Of a DNA stretch of 64,000 nt, positions 10,793 through 22,804 are shown one piece after another. The notes below the pieces were generated by a model. The model did no database searches. It saw only the letters and a list, made by a program, of their open reading frames with translations, and was not told the origin of the DNA. This DNA comes from an uncultured delta proteobacterium. GTDB taxonomy: Bacteria; Myxococcota; B64-G9. Positions within the stretch are counted from its first letter, which is position 1. Each line of letters opens with the position of its first letter. Location of the stretch: assembly GCA_963754925.1 (NCBI GenBank), contig CAVWHX010000001.1, forward strand, positions 64,001 to 128,000. Direction: 5' to 3'. The position numbers and the translations under genes were made by a program.

Positions 10793-11854
10793 TTACTTTT
10801 TCTTCCAATTTTCCGGTCGTAAGGAGCGGACCGCCGTGCCGGCTTGCCAGAGCTCCGAATCGCGCATGGTTTTTAATTCGGCGTCGAGCTTCTCCCGGTA
10901 GTCCGGGGCGCTGTTGGCCGCCAGGACGATACGCGTTTCTTTACCGGTGACCACCGAGCGGTAGAGTTTTTCAAATACGGGTAGTACGGCAGCGCGAAAC
11001 TTATGCCGCCAATCAAGCGCGCCGCGCTGAGCCGTCGTGCTACAGTTGGCGTACATCCAGTCCATGCCGTTTTGCCCAACCAAACGGATCAGGCTCTGCG
11101 TCAGCTCCTCAACCGTCTCATTGAAGGCTTCGCTCGGCGAGTGGCCGTTTTTACGGAGGACCTCGTACTGCGCCTCCATAATCCCCGCCAAGGCGCCCAT
11201 CAACACCCCGCGTTCGCCGGTAAGATCGCTAAAGACCTCGTTTTGGAAGGTCGTTGGAAACAAAAATCCCGAACCGATGGCGATTCCTACCGCAAGAGTA
11301 CGCTCCCGGGCGCGGCCGGTGGCGTCCTGAAAGACCGCGAAGCTGCTGTTGATGCCGCTGCCATCAAGAAAGTTCGCGCGCACGCTGGTCCCGGAACCTT
11401 TCGGCGCCACCAAAATAACGTCCACAAAATCCGGTGGAATGATCTTGGTTTGATCCTTATAAACAATCGAAAAACCGTGCGAGAAATAGAGCGCATCGCC
11501 CTTTTTCAGGCAGGGCTTGATACGTGGCCAAGTGGCCATTTGACCGGCATCGGACACAAGGTATTGAATAATAGTACCTTTCTTTGTGGCTTCCTCCAGC
11601 GAGAAGAGGGTTTTGCCCGGAACCCAACCATCGCTTATGGCTTTATCCCAACAGCGTTTGTCTTCCGGTATTTGACCAATGATGACCGTAGTGATGCCGT
11701 TGTCACGCATGTTGAGCGCTTGGGCCGGTCCCTGGACGCCGTATCCCAATACGGCGATGGTCTCTTTACTCAGTACCTCCCGTGCCTTCTCGAGAGGAAA
11801 TTCCTCTCGGGTCACCACATCTTCAATCGTACCCCCGAAATTAATCTTCGCCAT
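10793..11854 (-). CDS. ilvC: Ketol-acid reductoisomerase
   Basis: GYGVQGPAQALNMRDNG, SDLTGERGVLMG, CSTTAQRGA; AAGGAG RBS before ATG at 11854. Confidence 0.95.
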   Translation of the reverse strand: MAKINFGGTIEDVVTREEFPLEKAREVLSKETIAVLGYGVQGPAQALNMRDNGITTVIIGQIPEDKRCWDKAISDGWVPGKTLFSLEEATKKGTIIQYLVSDAGQMATWPRIKPCLKKGDALYFSHGFSIVYKDQTKIIPPDFVDVILVAPKGSGTSVRANFLDGSGINSSFAVFQDATGRARERTLAVGIAIGSGFLFPTTFQNEVFSDLTGERGVLMGALAGIMEAQYEVLRKNGHSPSEAFNETVEELTQSLIRLVGQNGMDWMYANCSTTAQRGALDWRHKFRAAVLPVFEKLYRSVVTGKETRIVLAANSAPDYREKLDAELKTMRDSELWQAGTAVRSLRPENWKKK

Positions 11855-12095
11855 CGTAACTGCTCCTTTAAAGTTTCGAATGTACCAAGAGGCATCATGC
11901 CGTTTCCGAACTATTTTTACTATTGTGAATACGCCTGTGTCAATAGGCAAAACCCGTTTAGGTGTACGGACGGGCATGAAGCCCGGCCGTTTATGGTCCT
12001 CAGAGTTATTGACTTCCTGGCGATGGCAAGAGTAAATTTCACACCGGCATCGAGGTGCGATGAGATCCAACGTTCGGATCGGAGAGTGAAATCTC

Positions 12096-13355
12096 ATGGG
12101 AATGACCAGTACCGAAAAGATATTAGCCGCTCACTCTGGCAACGAGGCGGTAAAGCCCGGCCAGATCATTATTGCGAAAGTGGATCTTGCTCTGGCAAAC
12201 GATATCACAGCCCCATTGGCGATTGAGGCATTTCATACCATGGGCGCCACCAAGGTCTTCGATAAACAAAAAGTTGTTCTGGTGCCCGACCACTTTCAGC
12301 CGGCCAAGGATATCGATTCCGCAACCGAGTGCGCCAAGATGCGCGAGTTTGCACGAGACCAAAAAATAACGCATTTCTTCGAGATTGGCCGGATGGGAAT
12401 CGAGCATGTCCTGCTTCCGGAACAAGGCTTGGTGGCTCCGGGAGAGATTGTTATCGGAGCGGATTCGCACACCTGCACCTATGGTGCCTTAGGGGCTTTT
12501 TCGACCGGCGTCGGGTCGACCGATCTGGCGGCCGTCATGGCGTTGGGAGAGATCTGGCTCAAGGTTCCGGAAACAATTCGAATCGAATATCGCGGGGCTT
12601 TGCCGCGCTGGGTTGACGGCAAGGATTTGATTCTCCATACCATTGGTTTGTTGGGAGTGGACGGCGCCCGCTACCAGTCCTTGGAATTTGTTGGCGAGGC
12701 GATTGACGCCCTGTCTATGGACGGCCGTTTTACCATGGCGAACATGGCGATTGAAGCTGGGGCTAAAAATGGCATCTTTCAGGTAGATAAAAAAACGGAA
12801 GATTATCTGAAGGCTCGGCTTAGGCGTTCGTATCAATCGTATCGTTCGGATCCGGATGCGGTCTATGCCAAGACCATCACGATCGATGTGAGTAAGCTCG
12901 AGCCACAGGTGGCATTGCCTCATTTGCCATCCAATGTGAAGGGGGTCAGCCAGGTCGGAAAAATAGAGATCGATCAGGTTGTCATCGGTTCCTGCACCAA
13001 CGGCCGCATCGAGGATCTCAAAATAGCCGCGCAAATACTGAAAGGTAAGAAGGCTCATAGCCGGGTGCGTCTCTTAATCGTTCCCGGAAGTCAGGAAGTC
13101 TATTTAGAAGCGTTGCGACGGGGATACATCGAGACCTTCATCGAGGCCGAGGCAGCGGTGAGTACGACGACCTGCGGCCCTTGTTTGGGAGGTTACATGG
13201 GAATACTTGCGGCTGGGGAACGGGCGCTTGCCACAACCAACAGAAATTTCGTTGGTCGCATGGGACACCCCAAGAGCGAGGTCTACCTCGCCGGCCCGGC
13301 GGTTTCAGCCGCCTCGGCCATCGCCGGCCGAATTATCAGTCCGGACAAACTATAG
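12096..13355 (+). CDS. leuC: 3-isopropylmalate dehydratase large subunit
   Basis: [33 protein letters not shown]. Confidence 0.93.
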   Translation: MGMTSTEKILAAHSGNEAVKPGQIIIAKVDLALANDITAPLAIEAFHTMGATKVFDKQKVVLVPDHFQPAKDIDSATECAKMREFARDQKITHFFEIGRMGIEHVLLPEQGLVAPGEIVIGADSHTCTYGALGAFSTGVGSTDLAAVMALGEIWLKVPETIRIEYRGALPRWVDGKDLILHTIGLLGVDGARYQSLEFVGEAIDALSMDGRFTMANMAIEAGAKNGIFQVDKKTEDYLKARLRRSYQSYRSDPDAVYAKTITIDVSKLEPQVALPHLPSNVKGVSQVGKIEIDQVVIGSCTNGRIEDLKIAAQILKGKKAHSRVRLLIVPGSQEVYLEALRRGYIETFIEAEAAVSTTTCGPCLGGYMGILAAGERALATTNRNFVGRMGHPKSEVYLAGPAVSAASAIAGRIISPDKL

Positions 13356-13384
13356 TGTGGGACGCCAATGAATTATTTACCGTT

Positions 13385-13465
13385 GTCATCCCCGCGAAAG
13401 CGGGGATCTAAAATACGAAATTCCTGGATTGCAGCGAAGCCGCACGCCGCCTTCGCGGCAATGAC
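13385..13465. repeat. gtcatccccgcgaaagcggggatc-type REP element (related copies at ~22610-22781 and ~50807-50872)
   Basis: Recurrent GC-rich hairpin in intergenic positions. Confidence 0.75.
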
Positions 13466-13489
13466 CGGTGATAGACATGGGGTTAGACA

Positions 13490-13999
13490 ATGAAATTCGA
13501 GGGAACAGCATGGAAATTTGGGAAAAACATCGACACTGACGTCATCATTCCCGCCCGTTATCTCAAAACGACGGATCCCCAAAAGCTGGCCGCCCATGTT
13601 ATGGAAGATTTGGACCCGACGTTTGTCTCTTCAGCCAAACCAGGGGACATCATTGTGGCCGATGAGAATTTCGGCTGCGGCTCCTCCCGGGAACAGGCGC
13701 CATTGGCCATTAAGGCTGCGGGTATTTCGTGCGTGATAGCCAAGTATTTCGCGCGTATTTTCTACCGCAACGCAATCAATATCGGCCTTCCTATTCTCGA
13801 GTGCCCCGAGGCGGTGGCTGGCATCAAGAGTGGAGATCAGATAAAAGTCGACCTCAGTACCGGCGAGATCATCAACTTGAGGGGCGCAAAACGCTATCAG
13901 GCGCAGTCGTTCCCTGAATCCATTCAGAAACTTATTGAACTTGGGGGGCTTCAGCAATATGTGATCAGCAAGCTAAAGGAGCGTGCATGTTCAAAATAG
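13490..13999 (+). CDS. leuD: 3-isopropylmalate dehydratase small subunit
   Basis: [35 protein letters not shown]. Confidence 0.93.
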   Translation: MKFEGTAWKFGKNIDTDVIIPARYLKTTDPQKLAAHVMEDLDPTFVSSAKPGDIIVADENFGCGSSREQAPLAIKAAGISCVIAKYFARIFYRNAINIGLPILECPEAVAGIKSGDQIKVDLSTGEIINLRGAKRYQAQSFPESIQKLIELGGLQQYVISKLKERACSK

Positions 14000-15048
14000 G
14001 GGTTATTCCCGGAGATGGGACGGGTCCCGAGGTTGTACGTGAAGGGTTGAAGGTGCTTTCGGCAGTGGCCAAAAAGGTTGGATTGGAAGTAAAGACGGTC
14101 AATTACAATTTTGGCGGCGATAATTACCTGCGCACCAAAGAGTTGCTTCCTGAGACGGCAGTAAAAGAGCTTCGGGCACTGGACGCAATATTCCTCGGCG
14201 CCATCGGGCACCCGAAGGTTGAACCGGGGATTCTCGAAAAGGGTATTCTGCTGAATCTCCGTTTTGAGCTCGACCAGTACATCAATCTACGCCCGGTGAA
14301 GCTCTATCCCGGCGTTGCCACACCGCTTTCGGGAAAAGGCCCGGCAGAAATTGATTTTGTGGTGGTCAGGGAAAACACCGAAGGATTGTACACCGGCGCC
14401 GGTGGATTTCTGAGAAAGGGCACACCGCATGAGGTGGCGGTCCAGGAGAGCATCAATACCAGACGGGGAGCCGAGCGCTGTATTCGCTATGCTTTTGATT
14501 TCTGCCGCAAGCGGGCACGGAAGTGCAAATTGACCCTGTGCGGAAAAACCAATGTGCTTACCTATGCCTGGGATCTGTGGCAACGTACCTTCAATGAGGT
14601 GGCAAAGGAATATCCCGATATAGCCACCGATTATGCCAACGTGGACGCGATTTGCATGTGGATGGTAAAAAACCCGGAATGGTTTGATGTCATCGTTACC
14701 GATAACATGTTCGGCGACATCATTACCGATCTCGGAGCCATGATCCAAGGCGGCATGGGTATCGCGGCCGGCGGCAATATTAATCCCAACGGTGTCTCTA
14801 TGTTCGAACCAATCGGGGGATCCGCACCGAAATACACGGGTAAAAATGTTATCAACCCGCTGGCGGCTATAGCGGCGGTTCAAATGATGCTCGAAACACT
14901 TAAACAGGAACAAGCGGCGGCGCTGATCGAGCGAGCCATTGAGCGCGCCTGCGCCAAAGATATCAAATCCATGTCGGCGGGTCAGATGGGTAGGTCCACG
15001 TCGGAGGTTGGGGATCTAATTGTGAGGTATATCAACGAGAGCACGTAG
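13987..15048 (+). CDS. leuB: 3-isopropylmalate dehydrogenase
   Basis: [35 protein letters not shown]; follows leuCD. Confidence 0.92.
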   Translation: MFKIGVIPGDGTGPEVVREGLKVLSAVAKKVGLEVKTVNYNFGGDNYLRTKELLPETAVKELRALDAIFLGAIGHPKVEPGILEKGILLNLRFELDQYINLRPVKLYPGVATPLSGKGPAEIDFVVVRENTEGLYTGAGGFLRKGTPHEVAVQESINTRRGAERCIRYAFDFCRKRARKCKLTLCGKTNVLTYAWDLWQRTFNEVAKEYPDIATDYANVDAICMWMVKNPEWFDVIVTDNMFGDIITDLGAMIQGGMGIAAGGNINPNGVSMFEPIGGSAPKYTGKNVINPLAAIAAVQMMLETLKQEQAAALIERAIERACAKDIKSMSAGQMGRSTSEVGDLIVRYINEST

Positions 15049-15073
15049 GGGCGGGTTTCAAACCCGCCCCTAC
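15045..15073. repeat. REP palindrome gtaggggcgggtttcaaacccgcccctac
   Basis: Same family at ~46888-46913, 49109-49134 and 49166-49190 near the RAYT gene. Confidence 0.85.
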
Positions 15074-15090
15074 AGGTCATCGAGCGGAAT

Positions 15091-16200
15091 ATGACTAAAA
15101 AAGAAGACATCAGGAATCAGATTGATGAGGTCGATCGGGAACTTCTTACCTTGCTCAACCGTCGCCAAGCTCTCGCAAAAGCTATCGGTGAGATCAAGGT
15201 GCAACAGGGAAAGAACGTCCTAGATTTCCAGCGTGAAGAAACTCTGATCGCCAATCTCGAGAATATTAACTCGGGTCCCCTGAGTCACGAGGCTCTCTGG
15301 GCCATCTTCCGCGAAGTCATTTCCGCCTCGCGCGAGATTCAAAAACCCCCCGTAGTGACCTTTCTCGGGCCCGAAGCGACGTTTTCCCATTTGGCTGCCA
15401 TGAAAAAATTCGGTAAATTGGCGCGCTACGCTCCTTTGAACACCATTCACGAGGTCTTTTTAGAGGTTGAAAAAGGTAAGTATAATTATGGTGTTGTGCC
15501 GGTTGAAAATTCAACCGAAGGGGCAGTGAACGATACGCTCGATCTCCTGGAGTCGACTACTTTAAAAGTGTGCGGCGAAGTGTTTCGAAGAATCTCGCTC
15601 GATCTCGCTTCTGTTTCCGGGGAGCGTAAAAATATCGAGATGATCTATTCCCTATCGCAACCCTATCGCCAATGCCAACAATGGGTTATGGCCAATTTCG
15701 CAAACGTTCCGATAATCGAAGTTGCTTCAACAGCCCAGGCGGCTCAAAAAGCCGCCCAAAACCCAAACTCGGCCGCTATCGTGAGCTCTTCGGCTGCCGC
15801 TCTCTATAAACTTAAAGTAGTGGATCACAGCATCGAGGATCAGCGGGGCAATACCACCCATTTTTTTGTTATGGGGAATGATTCACCCGGACCGACCGGC
15901 AACGATGCCACCTCTCTTATATTTGCAGTTCAAGATGCCCCCGGGGCCCTGTATAGCACCCTGCATCCTTTGCAGGAAAAATCCATCAACATGACCCGGA
16001 TTGTCTCTCGCCCGGCGAAGACCGAGGTATGGAGATATCTGTTCTTCGTGGATATCGATGGCCACCAGGAGGATCCCAAGGTTAAGAGTGTGTTGCGTAA
16101 AATGGAAAAATTAAGCAAACGGTTCAAGGTGCTGGGATCGTTCCCGCGCATGCCAGACGCGGAGAAGCTCGACGCCCCGCCGGTGCTTTCCGAAAAATAG
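15091..16200 (+). CDS. pheA: Chorismate mutase/prephenate dehydratase
   Basis: N-terminal CM (RNQIDEVD), FLGPEATFS, VPVENSTEG, C-terminal ACT. Confidence 0.93.
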   Translation: MTKKEDIRNQIDEVDRELLTLLNRRQALAKAIGEIKVQQGKNVLDFQREETLIANLENINSGPLSHEALWAIFREVISASREIQKPPVVTFLGPEATFSHLAAMKKFGKLARYAPLNTIHEVFLEVEKGKYNYGVVPVENSTEGAVNDTLDLLESTTLKVCGEVFRRISLDLASVSGERKNIEMIYSLSQPYRQCQQWVMANFANVPIIEVASTAQAAQKAAQNPNSAAIVSSSAAALYKLKVVDHSIEDQRGNTTHFFVMGNDSPGPTGNDATSLIFAVQDAPGALYSTLHPLQEKSINMTRIVSRPAKTEVWRYLFFVDIDGHQEDPKVKSVLRKMEKLSKRFKVLGSFPRMPDAEKLDAPPVLSEK

Positions 16201-16216
16201 TTATCCTATTGCTTGC

Positions 16217-16351
16217 TTGTCATCTCGACCGACTGTCATTTCGAGGAGTAATGCGACGAGAAATCCAAATTAGATTTCTCCCTGCCCCTAAAGGGATAAG
16301 AGACTGTAATGCTCGCTTCCCTCGCTAACAGTCTCTAACGGTCGAAATGAC
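16217..16351. repeat. tgtcatttcgaggag...cgacgagaaatc-type intergenic repeat (second copy ~26813-26846)
   Basis: Near-identical segments downstream of convergent genes. Confidence 0.7.
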
Positions 16352-16354
16352 AAA

Positions 16355-17887
16355 CTAAACCTTGTAGAGAAGATCAATATACCGGTCCAGCAAGTCGTTG
16401 ACGATACCCTGGTCGGGAAACGTCGCGGCCATCCCATACACCGGCGCCATGTTCCCTTGTTCCTCGGGGTTTGCCTTGACGTGATCCACTGCGGCCTTTA
16501 AGTCGTTTATAAAACGCGTGGCGAATCCATCGGCCGTATGTCTCAGGGTAAGGCATAGGTGTATACACGGCGGCCGGTGCAGGCCGTTGAGGCTCCATCG
16601 TTTTTTCTTCATAAAATCGAGAACGTTGTAAATATTGATAGTCTTCGATCCAAACGCGATGTCAAACAACGGTTTTCCTACAATATGCAGATCAGGTATT
16701 TCCGAAATCCCCCGTTGTATCTCATCGGCGGTTTTCATTATTTTCTCGGTTGCCTTAAGGTATCCTTCTTCACCCATGGACAGCATGGCCGCCCAGCACG
16801 CGGCGCTTAAACCCCCCGGCCGGCTACCGGCGAAGGTGGGAGAAAAGTACAGTCCGCCGGGCCAATCGGCTGTCTTATAAAACTGGTAGTGCCGTAGCGC
16901 ATAGCCCCGGTATAAAATGACCGAGGTGCCTTTCGCCGCGAATCCGTACTTATGCGTGTCCACCGAAATGGAAGTCACTCCCGGCAGCCTAAAATCAAAC
17001 GGCGGTATGTCGTACCCCAGCTTTTCGGCCCAGGGGAGGATAAAACCGCCGAGACAGGCATCGGTATGAAAGCCGATTTTTCTCTCGAGTGCGATCTCTG
17101 AAAGCTCGCGTATGGGGTCGATGGTCCCATGCGGGAAGGATGGGGCCGAACCGACCATGACGATGGTATTTCGGGTTATTGCCTTCCGCGCTTCCTTCGG
17201 ATCCGCCGTGGAATTTGAATCGACCGGTATTCGCCGTATCCTGATATTGAAATACTGGGATGCTTTGTCGAAGGCGGCATGGGCCGTGACCGGCAGCAGC
17301 ATCTCGGGTTTCGTGATGCCTTTCACATCGCGCGCCCGGTCGCGGTAGGCTTTCATGGCGAGGAGAATGCTTTCGGTGCCGCCAGATGAAACGGTGCCGC
17401 AGATTTTTTCGCTTGCCGAAACCTCGGGATTCATATCGGCACCGAGCATGTTCGCCGTCATGGATACGATTTCGGCTTCGTATTTGGTGATGCTGGGCCA
17501 GACCTCGGCGTGAAGGGGGTTGCTCTGGGAATTAAGCGCATAGACTTTATTCAGAAAATCAATATGCTCGTCGTCGCCATGATATACCGCCCCAGACACG
17601 AAACCGTCCTTCCATCTATCTTCCTCAAGTGATTTCAGCCGCGTAAGCTCCTTGAGGATGGTGTCCCGGTGAATCCCTTTTTTAGGAATCGTTGAGAATG
17701 TTGTGGATACGCCTTGATAGGGTTTCAGCGATGATTCGAGACCTTTCGCCATCGACGTGAATTCTTTGTCGATAAGGCGCTGAAGTTTCCTTCGAACCGA
17801 TGGAATCTTCCTGAGTAGTCTCAAGGCCAGGGACGCAACTCGGGGATGTGTGTTTCCGATTTTTTCTAGTAATGTTTTTGTATCCAT
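16355..17887 (-). CDS. Sphingosine-1-phosphate lyase-like PLP-dependent enzyme
   Basis: [62 protein letters not shown]. Confidence 0.85.
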   Translation of the reverse strand: MDTKTLLEKIGNTHPRVASLALRLLRKIPSVRRKLQRLIDKEFTSMAKGLESSLKPYQGVSTTFSTIPKKGIHRDTILKELTRLKSLEEDRWKDGFVSGAVYHGDDEHIDFLNKVYALNSQSNPLHAEVWPSITKYEAEIVSMTANMLGADMNPEVSASEKICGTVSSGGTESILLAMKAYRDRARDVKGITKPEMLLPVTAHAAFDKASQYFNIRIRRIPVDSNSTADPKEARKAITRNTIVMVGSAPSFPHGTIDPIRELSEIALERKIGFHTDACLGGFILPWAEKLGYDIPPFDFRLPGVTSISVDTHKYGFAAKGTSVILYRGYALRHYQFYKTADWPGGLYFSPTFAGSRPGGLSAACWAAMLSMGEEGYLKATEKIMKTADEIQRGISEIPDLHIVGKPLFDIAFGSKTINIYNVLDFMKKKRWSLNGLHRPPCIHLCLTLRHTADGFATRFINDLKAAVDHVKANPEEQGNMAPVYGMAATFPDQGIVNDLLDRYIDLLYKV

Positions 17888-17927
17888 TAAAACGTCCCCA
17901 AGACCTGAATTAAGTTTGAAGGGGATA

Positions 17928-19505
17928 TCAGTTCAGTCTCCGATATATCTTGTTGGTGCTTTTATAAATATTCAAAAATTCCCTAAACAACGTATCGTAT
18001 ACTCTGCCGTGCTCAGGATTCGGCTCGTATGTTTTTGAAATTTTTACGTTGCTTGGTATCTCGGAAAATTTCATATACCCCAGCGCGACCGATGCGAGAA
18101 AGGCGGCGCCCCGCAGGTTGGACACAATCGGATCCTGCACCTTTCGTATGTGCCGCTTGAGAACGTCGGCGTATATCTGGCACCAAACGTCTGATTTCGC
18201 GCCGCCGCCTATCATGTTGATGTGCGTCAGTCGCCGCCCGATGAATTTCTCCACGTGACCGAGCAGCCAGCGCGAATTGAAGGCGACTCCTTCAAATATC
18301 GACCTGATCAGGTGCTCTCGATTCGTCCCCAGCGATAGATTGTGAAACCCGCCTCGAATAGCGCCGTTTTCGATAGGCGCCCGCTCGCCATAGAGCCAGG
18401 GCGTGAAAATGACCCCGCCGCTTCCCGCAGGCATCCTTTCGACCATGGTATCGAACTTAGCGTAAATATCGCTCGGCGCGCTGCGCCGATTCAATTCATC
18501 GTGATGGTACAGAAGATTGTTGCAAAAGAACGCCAGACAGTTTCCCGCGTTTTCCTGCTCGGCGGCGACCACGTATCGGTCGGGCATGCCGGACGGGATT
18601 GACGCGATGTTGTGAAACATATCCGTTTTTTTATATGGCACGTGGCATATCATCCACGAAGAGGTGCCGACATAAATGTGCGCCTCGTTATCTCTTACCG
18701 CGCCCGATCCCAACGCCGCCGACTGTATATCCGGAGTGCCCGCGATGACCTTCACCGTATCGCGAAGACCAAGTTCCCGCGCGGCGTCTTTGGTCAGCGT
18801 GCCGACAATATCGGTAGGACGGACCAGATCGGGGAGTTTCTCCCGGTCAATAGTGGAATAGTTGAGGAGGCGCTGGTGGTACCGGATATTCGATAGGTCT
18901 CTGTTATCGGTTACCCAATGGAGACAGATCGAATCGTGTGAGGCCGCAAATTTCCCGGTGAGAAGAAAGTTGAGATAGTCTTTAGGCTCGAGAAATTTAT
19001 ACGCTCTTCGATACGTATCGGGCAGCTCGTTTTTGATGAACAGAATATGAGCGATGGGGTCCTTACCCGCTCGTCCCGGCACGCCGCCCGTGATAGTGAT
19101 CCAGTGTAGCGCCCTCGTTAGTCCGTAACCGGCAAACTTCACCAAGCCGTCGGTTATGCTGCCGATGTATTTCGCCCCGCGGGTATCGAGCCAGATGATG
19201 GCGTTCATCAGGTGCCTGCCGTTTTCATCCACAGCCACCGTGCCCGACCATTGTGAGGTACAGCAGACGGCTTCGATATGTTCGATGGGAACGAGCTGTT
19301 TCATAAGCAGCCTTCTCGTCGCCTTGACTATCGCCTGCCACCAGATCAACGGGTCCTGCTCGGCTCCTCCACCGGGAAGAAGTATTAAATCGTTCCTTTC
19401 GAATTCATAGCCGAGTATCTCTCCGCGTGCCGTTGCGATGGCCACCTTTGGGCCGGATGTTCCCAAGTCTATTGCAAGAATGTAGGTGTTTTCTATCTTC
19501 GGCAT
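17928..19505 (-). CDS. FGGY-family carbohydrate kinase (xylulokinase-like)
   Basis: [33 protein letters not shown]. Confidence 0.9.
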   Translation of the reverse strand: MPKIENTYILAIDLGTSGPKVAIATARGEILGYEFERNDLILLPGGGAEQDPLIWWQAIVKATRRLLMKQLVPIEHIEAVCCTSQWSGTVAVDENGRHLMNAIIWLDTRGAKYIGSITDGLVKFAGYGLTRALHWITITGGVPGRAGKDPIAHILFIKNELPDTYRRAYKFLEPKDYLNFLLTGKFAASHDSICLHWVTDNRDLSNIRYHQRLLNYSTIDREKLPDLVRPTDIVGTLTKDAARELGLRDTVKVIAGTPDIQSAALGSGAVRDNEAHIYVGTSSWMICHVPYKKTDMFHNIASIPSGMPDRYVVAAEQENAGNCLAFFCNNLLYHHDELNRRSAPSDIYAKFDTMVERMPAGSGGVIFTPWLYGERAPIENGAIRGGFHNLSLGTNREHLIRSIFEGVAFNSRWLLGHVEKFIGRRLTHINMIGGGAKSDVWCQIYADVLKRHIRKVQDPIVSNLRGAAFLASVALGYMKFSEIPSNVKISKTYEPNPEHGRVYDTLFREFLNIYKSTNKIYRRLN

Positions 19506-19593
19506 GGCGCACCTATTCAACTCGCAACCCAATATAAAGTCCAGCTTGACGTTGGACCCAGACGACTTACTCTTAATAGGTTCCACATAAATA

Positions 19594-19646
19594 GGACTTG
19601 ACTTATCCTGAGTTATTCAATAAAAGGGACTTAATTTATCCTGAGT
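19594..19646. promoter_or_regulatory. Pair of 20-bp direct repeats, putative regulator sites
   Basis: ggacttgacttatcctgagt (19594) and ggacttaatttatcctgagt (19627), 18/20 identical. Confidence 0.5.
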
Positions 19647-19691
19647 CGTTGGGAGTGATATGTTTTCTTTAAAACGTGGGGAGTAAAACCT

Positions 19692-22556
19692 ATGCGTAAC
19701 CAATTGGTTAACAGAGGCGTGGGCTATTCATTAACTTCTTTCGCGGTTTTGACTGCGCTCGTAGCGTTTCCGGCATGTGAAGGAAATACCGGGAAGGCGG
19801 GATCGTCCTGTACGGTAACGACGGTCGGCACGGTTAAAACCATAAGTTGCACTGACGGCACATCGGTCACGATTACCGATGGCACGAATGCGGCGGATAC
19901 CGGCACGGTTTCCGGTACCGTCACGGGCAACATCGGCGGTGCGGCGGCCCGGGTGACGGTTAAAACGACCCCGGATGTTGGCCAAACGACGACCACGAAT
20001 GCCCAGGGCAATTTCACGTTGACGCTCCCCATTGGCACCTATGTGATCAATCTCTCGAGCAGCAACTACCAGCCAATGGGACTTCCGGCGTTTTCGGTGA
20101 CGGGCGGCTCAACCATCACCGTCACGGCTACCCTGACCGCCATCAATCCGATCGTCCTGAAAGCTCCGGTCGCCACGGCGCCCGCCGGATTCGGCGCGTC
20201 GGCGCAACTCGATGTCACGGTGACCGGCGGCACCGCACCGTACACCTACAGTTGGGTTGCCGAGACCACCAACCCGACCGCGGTGAGTCTTTCGGATTCT
20301 TCCATCCAGAACCCGACCTTTACTACCGGTACTCTCGCCGATGTGTTGGCAGCGCTGGTTGCAAAAGGTACGGTGGTGGGAATCAGCGGGCTTACGCGCA
20401 AGGGCTTTGTTCCCATCAGCGCCCAACAATTGGTTCAGATGAGCTATAATTTCAACGTCACGGTCACCGACGCCGTAGGTTTCAGCAATACGGTTACCGT
20501 GACCATTCCTCCCGCGACCTTGGCTCAGGGCAACACCATCGTCCCGCGAAACCAAATCGTGATTCTCAATCTGCCCAATAACACCGATATCCTTACGCTC
20601 ACGACGCCCGACGGCTCGGCAGCAACGCTCCACGAGATCTTGACGCCTAACCCATGGTTCATCCCCGATGTGATAGGCATGTACACGGTTGCCGGCTTAA
20701 CCGTGAATGTATCTGATTTCATCAGCACGCAACCAGACTGCGGCCAATGCCACAACCAAGTCATCGCACCCATCGTTGCCGCTATTTTTGTGGATTGGAC
20801 AAACTCGGCGCATGCCAACCACTTCTTCAATTTCATGCAGTATGATACTAACGGTAACCTCGTATGGGATACCGATTCTTCCAGCAACCCCATCCCCGCG
20901 CCAACCGGCGATCCTACCATTTTCTGGACTAGTCCGGGAGCGATGCCGCTCTTCGAGTTTGGGATGACGGGCGGGGAGGGTTCTCATTACAGCTCGAGTT
21001 GCATCGCCTGCCACACTACCGGCTATAATGCCTTGGCGGTCAACGGCGGCTTTGATGATGTTGCCGCCGCCGACGGCTGGGTATTTCCTAATCTCCAAAC
21101 AACTTTTGGCGGCACGGCCGTAACCAAGGCGCCGGTGTTCACCGCCTGGAATGCGATTCCGGCCGATCTTAAGAAATACCAAGGTGTCCAGTGCGAAAGT
21201 TGCCATGGTCCTTTTGGAAACCACGCAGGCGCCGCGAATGGGGCTTTTCCCCAACCGCCGGTTGGGGAATATGATGTCGGGACGTGCGCGGTATGTCATG
21301 ACAAACCCCCTACCCATGACATCGTTTCCCTGTGGAGACAATCCGACCATGCAAGCCTTGATCTCGCTCAGGAAGAGGGTACGGTCGAGGCTAACGGAAC
21401 CAGCACGAGCTGCTACCGATGCCATGCGGCCCAAGGATTTGTTGAGTATCTCAAAAACAAAGACGCTGACCCCAGCCAAATCGTCCGTCCTGCCGGCCTG
21501 CTTCCCGCGGCGGCAACCTGCACGCCCAATCCGGTGCCGCCCGCTACCATCGACCCCAACTGCCCCTGCACACCGAAGGCGCCGGCCACCACCTGCACGG
21601 GTGATCCGGCCTTTTATGCATACTTGAACAATCTTGGTCTCAATAACGCTCAGGTGGAACCCCAGACCTGTGCCGCTTGCCACAATGCGCACCTCACCGA
21701 AATACGTATCGACGGCAACACCGGGCCGCTTGCCAATGGAGCCCAAATGAACGGCGCCGGCGCCGGCGCGCTCTGTATGGTCTGCCACAATACCCGTAAC
21801 GGCGCCCGCGGCGACTTTGTCACCGGTCTCACCTCGATCGGCGGCCCCCATGCCCCGGTTCAGACCGACCTCTTTCTCGGGGTTAACGCGTACTTTATGG
21901 GCGCCGGCGGCAATTTATCCAAGCACGCGGCGGTCAAGGAAACCTGCTTCGGCTGCCATATGGCCCTGGCCCCGGATTCAATCAAGGTGGCGAACACCAA
22001 CCACACCTTTATAGCGGATGGAACCATATGCAAGAACTGCCACTCCGACAATGTGGACCTCGACGGTTTGGAGGGGCAATTTTTGGTTTACCGGGGCAAT
22101 CTGGAGAAAGCGTTAGCCACAGCCTTTACCGCAGCGGTCGGCGGCGCAACCCCGAACTACTACGTCCTTGTGCCGAACCCGAACGGTGACGGCACGCTAG
22201 CGCTGGATCAGCTGACGGTTGGTCCGACCAGCATTGTTCCTTCGGGGCGCACGGTCAACTTGGCAATGACTTTTGCGACAGCGGTTTCCGATGGATACGG
22301 CAATAATGTCACGACCCTCACCGTCAACTACCAATCGGTGAGTCTCTCTAACGCACTCAATAGCGGCAACCAATCGTTCGTAACGCCGCTCATCTCCAAG
22401 ATCGGTCTGCTCGCCAAGGCCAACTGGAACTACTGGTTGGTAAGTTCCGTTACCGAAAACCCTGCCGCCAACGTGATCCACAACCCGAGCTTTGTATTCA
22501 ATGTCCTTTCGGCAACGACGACCAATCTGCTCGCCTCCAATGGCGCGGGTCTCTAG
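19692..22556 (+). CDS. Large multiheme (9 CxxCH) lipoprotein cytochrome c with N-terminal beta-sandwich domains
   Basis: Lipobox AFPAC; CGQCH, CIACH, CESCH, CAVCH, CYRCH, CAACH, CMVCH, CFGCH, CKNCH. Confidence 0.88.
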   Translation: MRNQLVNRGVGYSLTSFAVLTALVAFPACEGNTGKAGSSCTVTTVGTVKTISCTDGTSVTITDGTNAADTGTVSGTVTGNIGGAAARVTVKTTPDVGQTTTTNAQGNFTLTLPIGTYVINLSSSNYQPMGLPAFSVTGGSTITVTATLTAINPIVLKAPVATAPAGFGASAQLDVTVTGGTAPYTYSWVAETTNPTAVSLSDSSIQNPTFTTGTLADVLAALVAKGTVVGISGLTRKGFVPISAQQLVQMSYNFNVTVTDAVGFSNTVTVTIPPATLAQGNTIVPRNQIVILNLPNNTDILTLTTPDGSAATLHEILTPNPWFIPDVIGMYTVAGLTVNVSDFISTQPDCGQCHNQVIAPIVAAIFVDWTNSAHANHFFNFMQYDTNGNLVWDTDSSSNPIPAPTGDPTIFWTSPGAMPLFEFGMTGGEGSHYSSSCIACHTTGYNALAVNGGFDDVAAADGWVFPNLQTTFGGTAVTKAPVFTAWNAIPADLKKYQGVQCESCHGPFGNHAGAANGAFPQPPVGEYDVGTCAVCHDKPPTHDIVSLWRQSDHASLDLAQEEGTVEANGTSTSCYRCHAAQGFVEYLKNKDADPSQIVRPAGLLPAAATCTPNPVPPATIDPNCPCTPKAPATTCTGDPAFYAYLNNLGLNNAQVEPQTCAACHNAHLTEIRIDGNTGPLANGAQMNGAGAGALCMVCHNTRNGARGDFVTGLTSIGGPHAPVQTDLFLGVNAYFMGAGGNLSKHAAVKETCFGCHMALAPDSIKVANTNHTFIADGTICKNCHSDNVDLDGLEGQFLVYRGNLEKALATAFTAAVGGATPNYYVLVPNPNGDGTLALDQLTVGPTSIVPSGRTVNLAMTFATAVSDGYGNNVTTLTVNYQSVSLSNALNSGNQSFVTPLISKIGLLAKANWNYWLVSSVTENPAANVIHNPSFVFNVLSATTTNLLASNGAGL

Positions 22557-22804
22557 TTCGTGCGCGACGAAGCGGGCCGCTATGTCGAGGCTTGTCAGAG
22601 TCATTTATTAGTCATTCCCGCGTAGGCGGCGTGCGGTTAGAGAATGTTACGACCGAAGGGAGTTACAGTCTTTTATCCTGTGGACGTGGCTGGAATCTAC
22701 CAGGAAGGGAATGTATTGGAGGAAATCGATTGATACAACTTCTTGTAGCTCTTTCTGGATCCCCGCGTTCGCGGGGATGACGTTCTGTTCTCGGGATCTC
22801 TCCA

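Noticed and set aside
10793..12097. 434-aa ilvC
   Set aside because: The upstream extension spans the divergent promoter region; the RBS supports a start at 11854.
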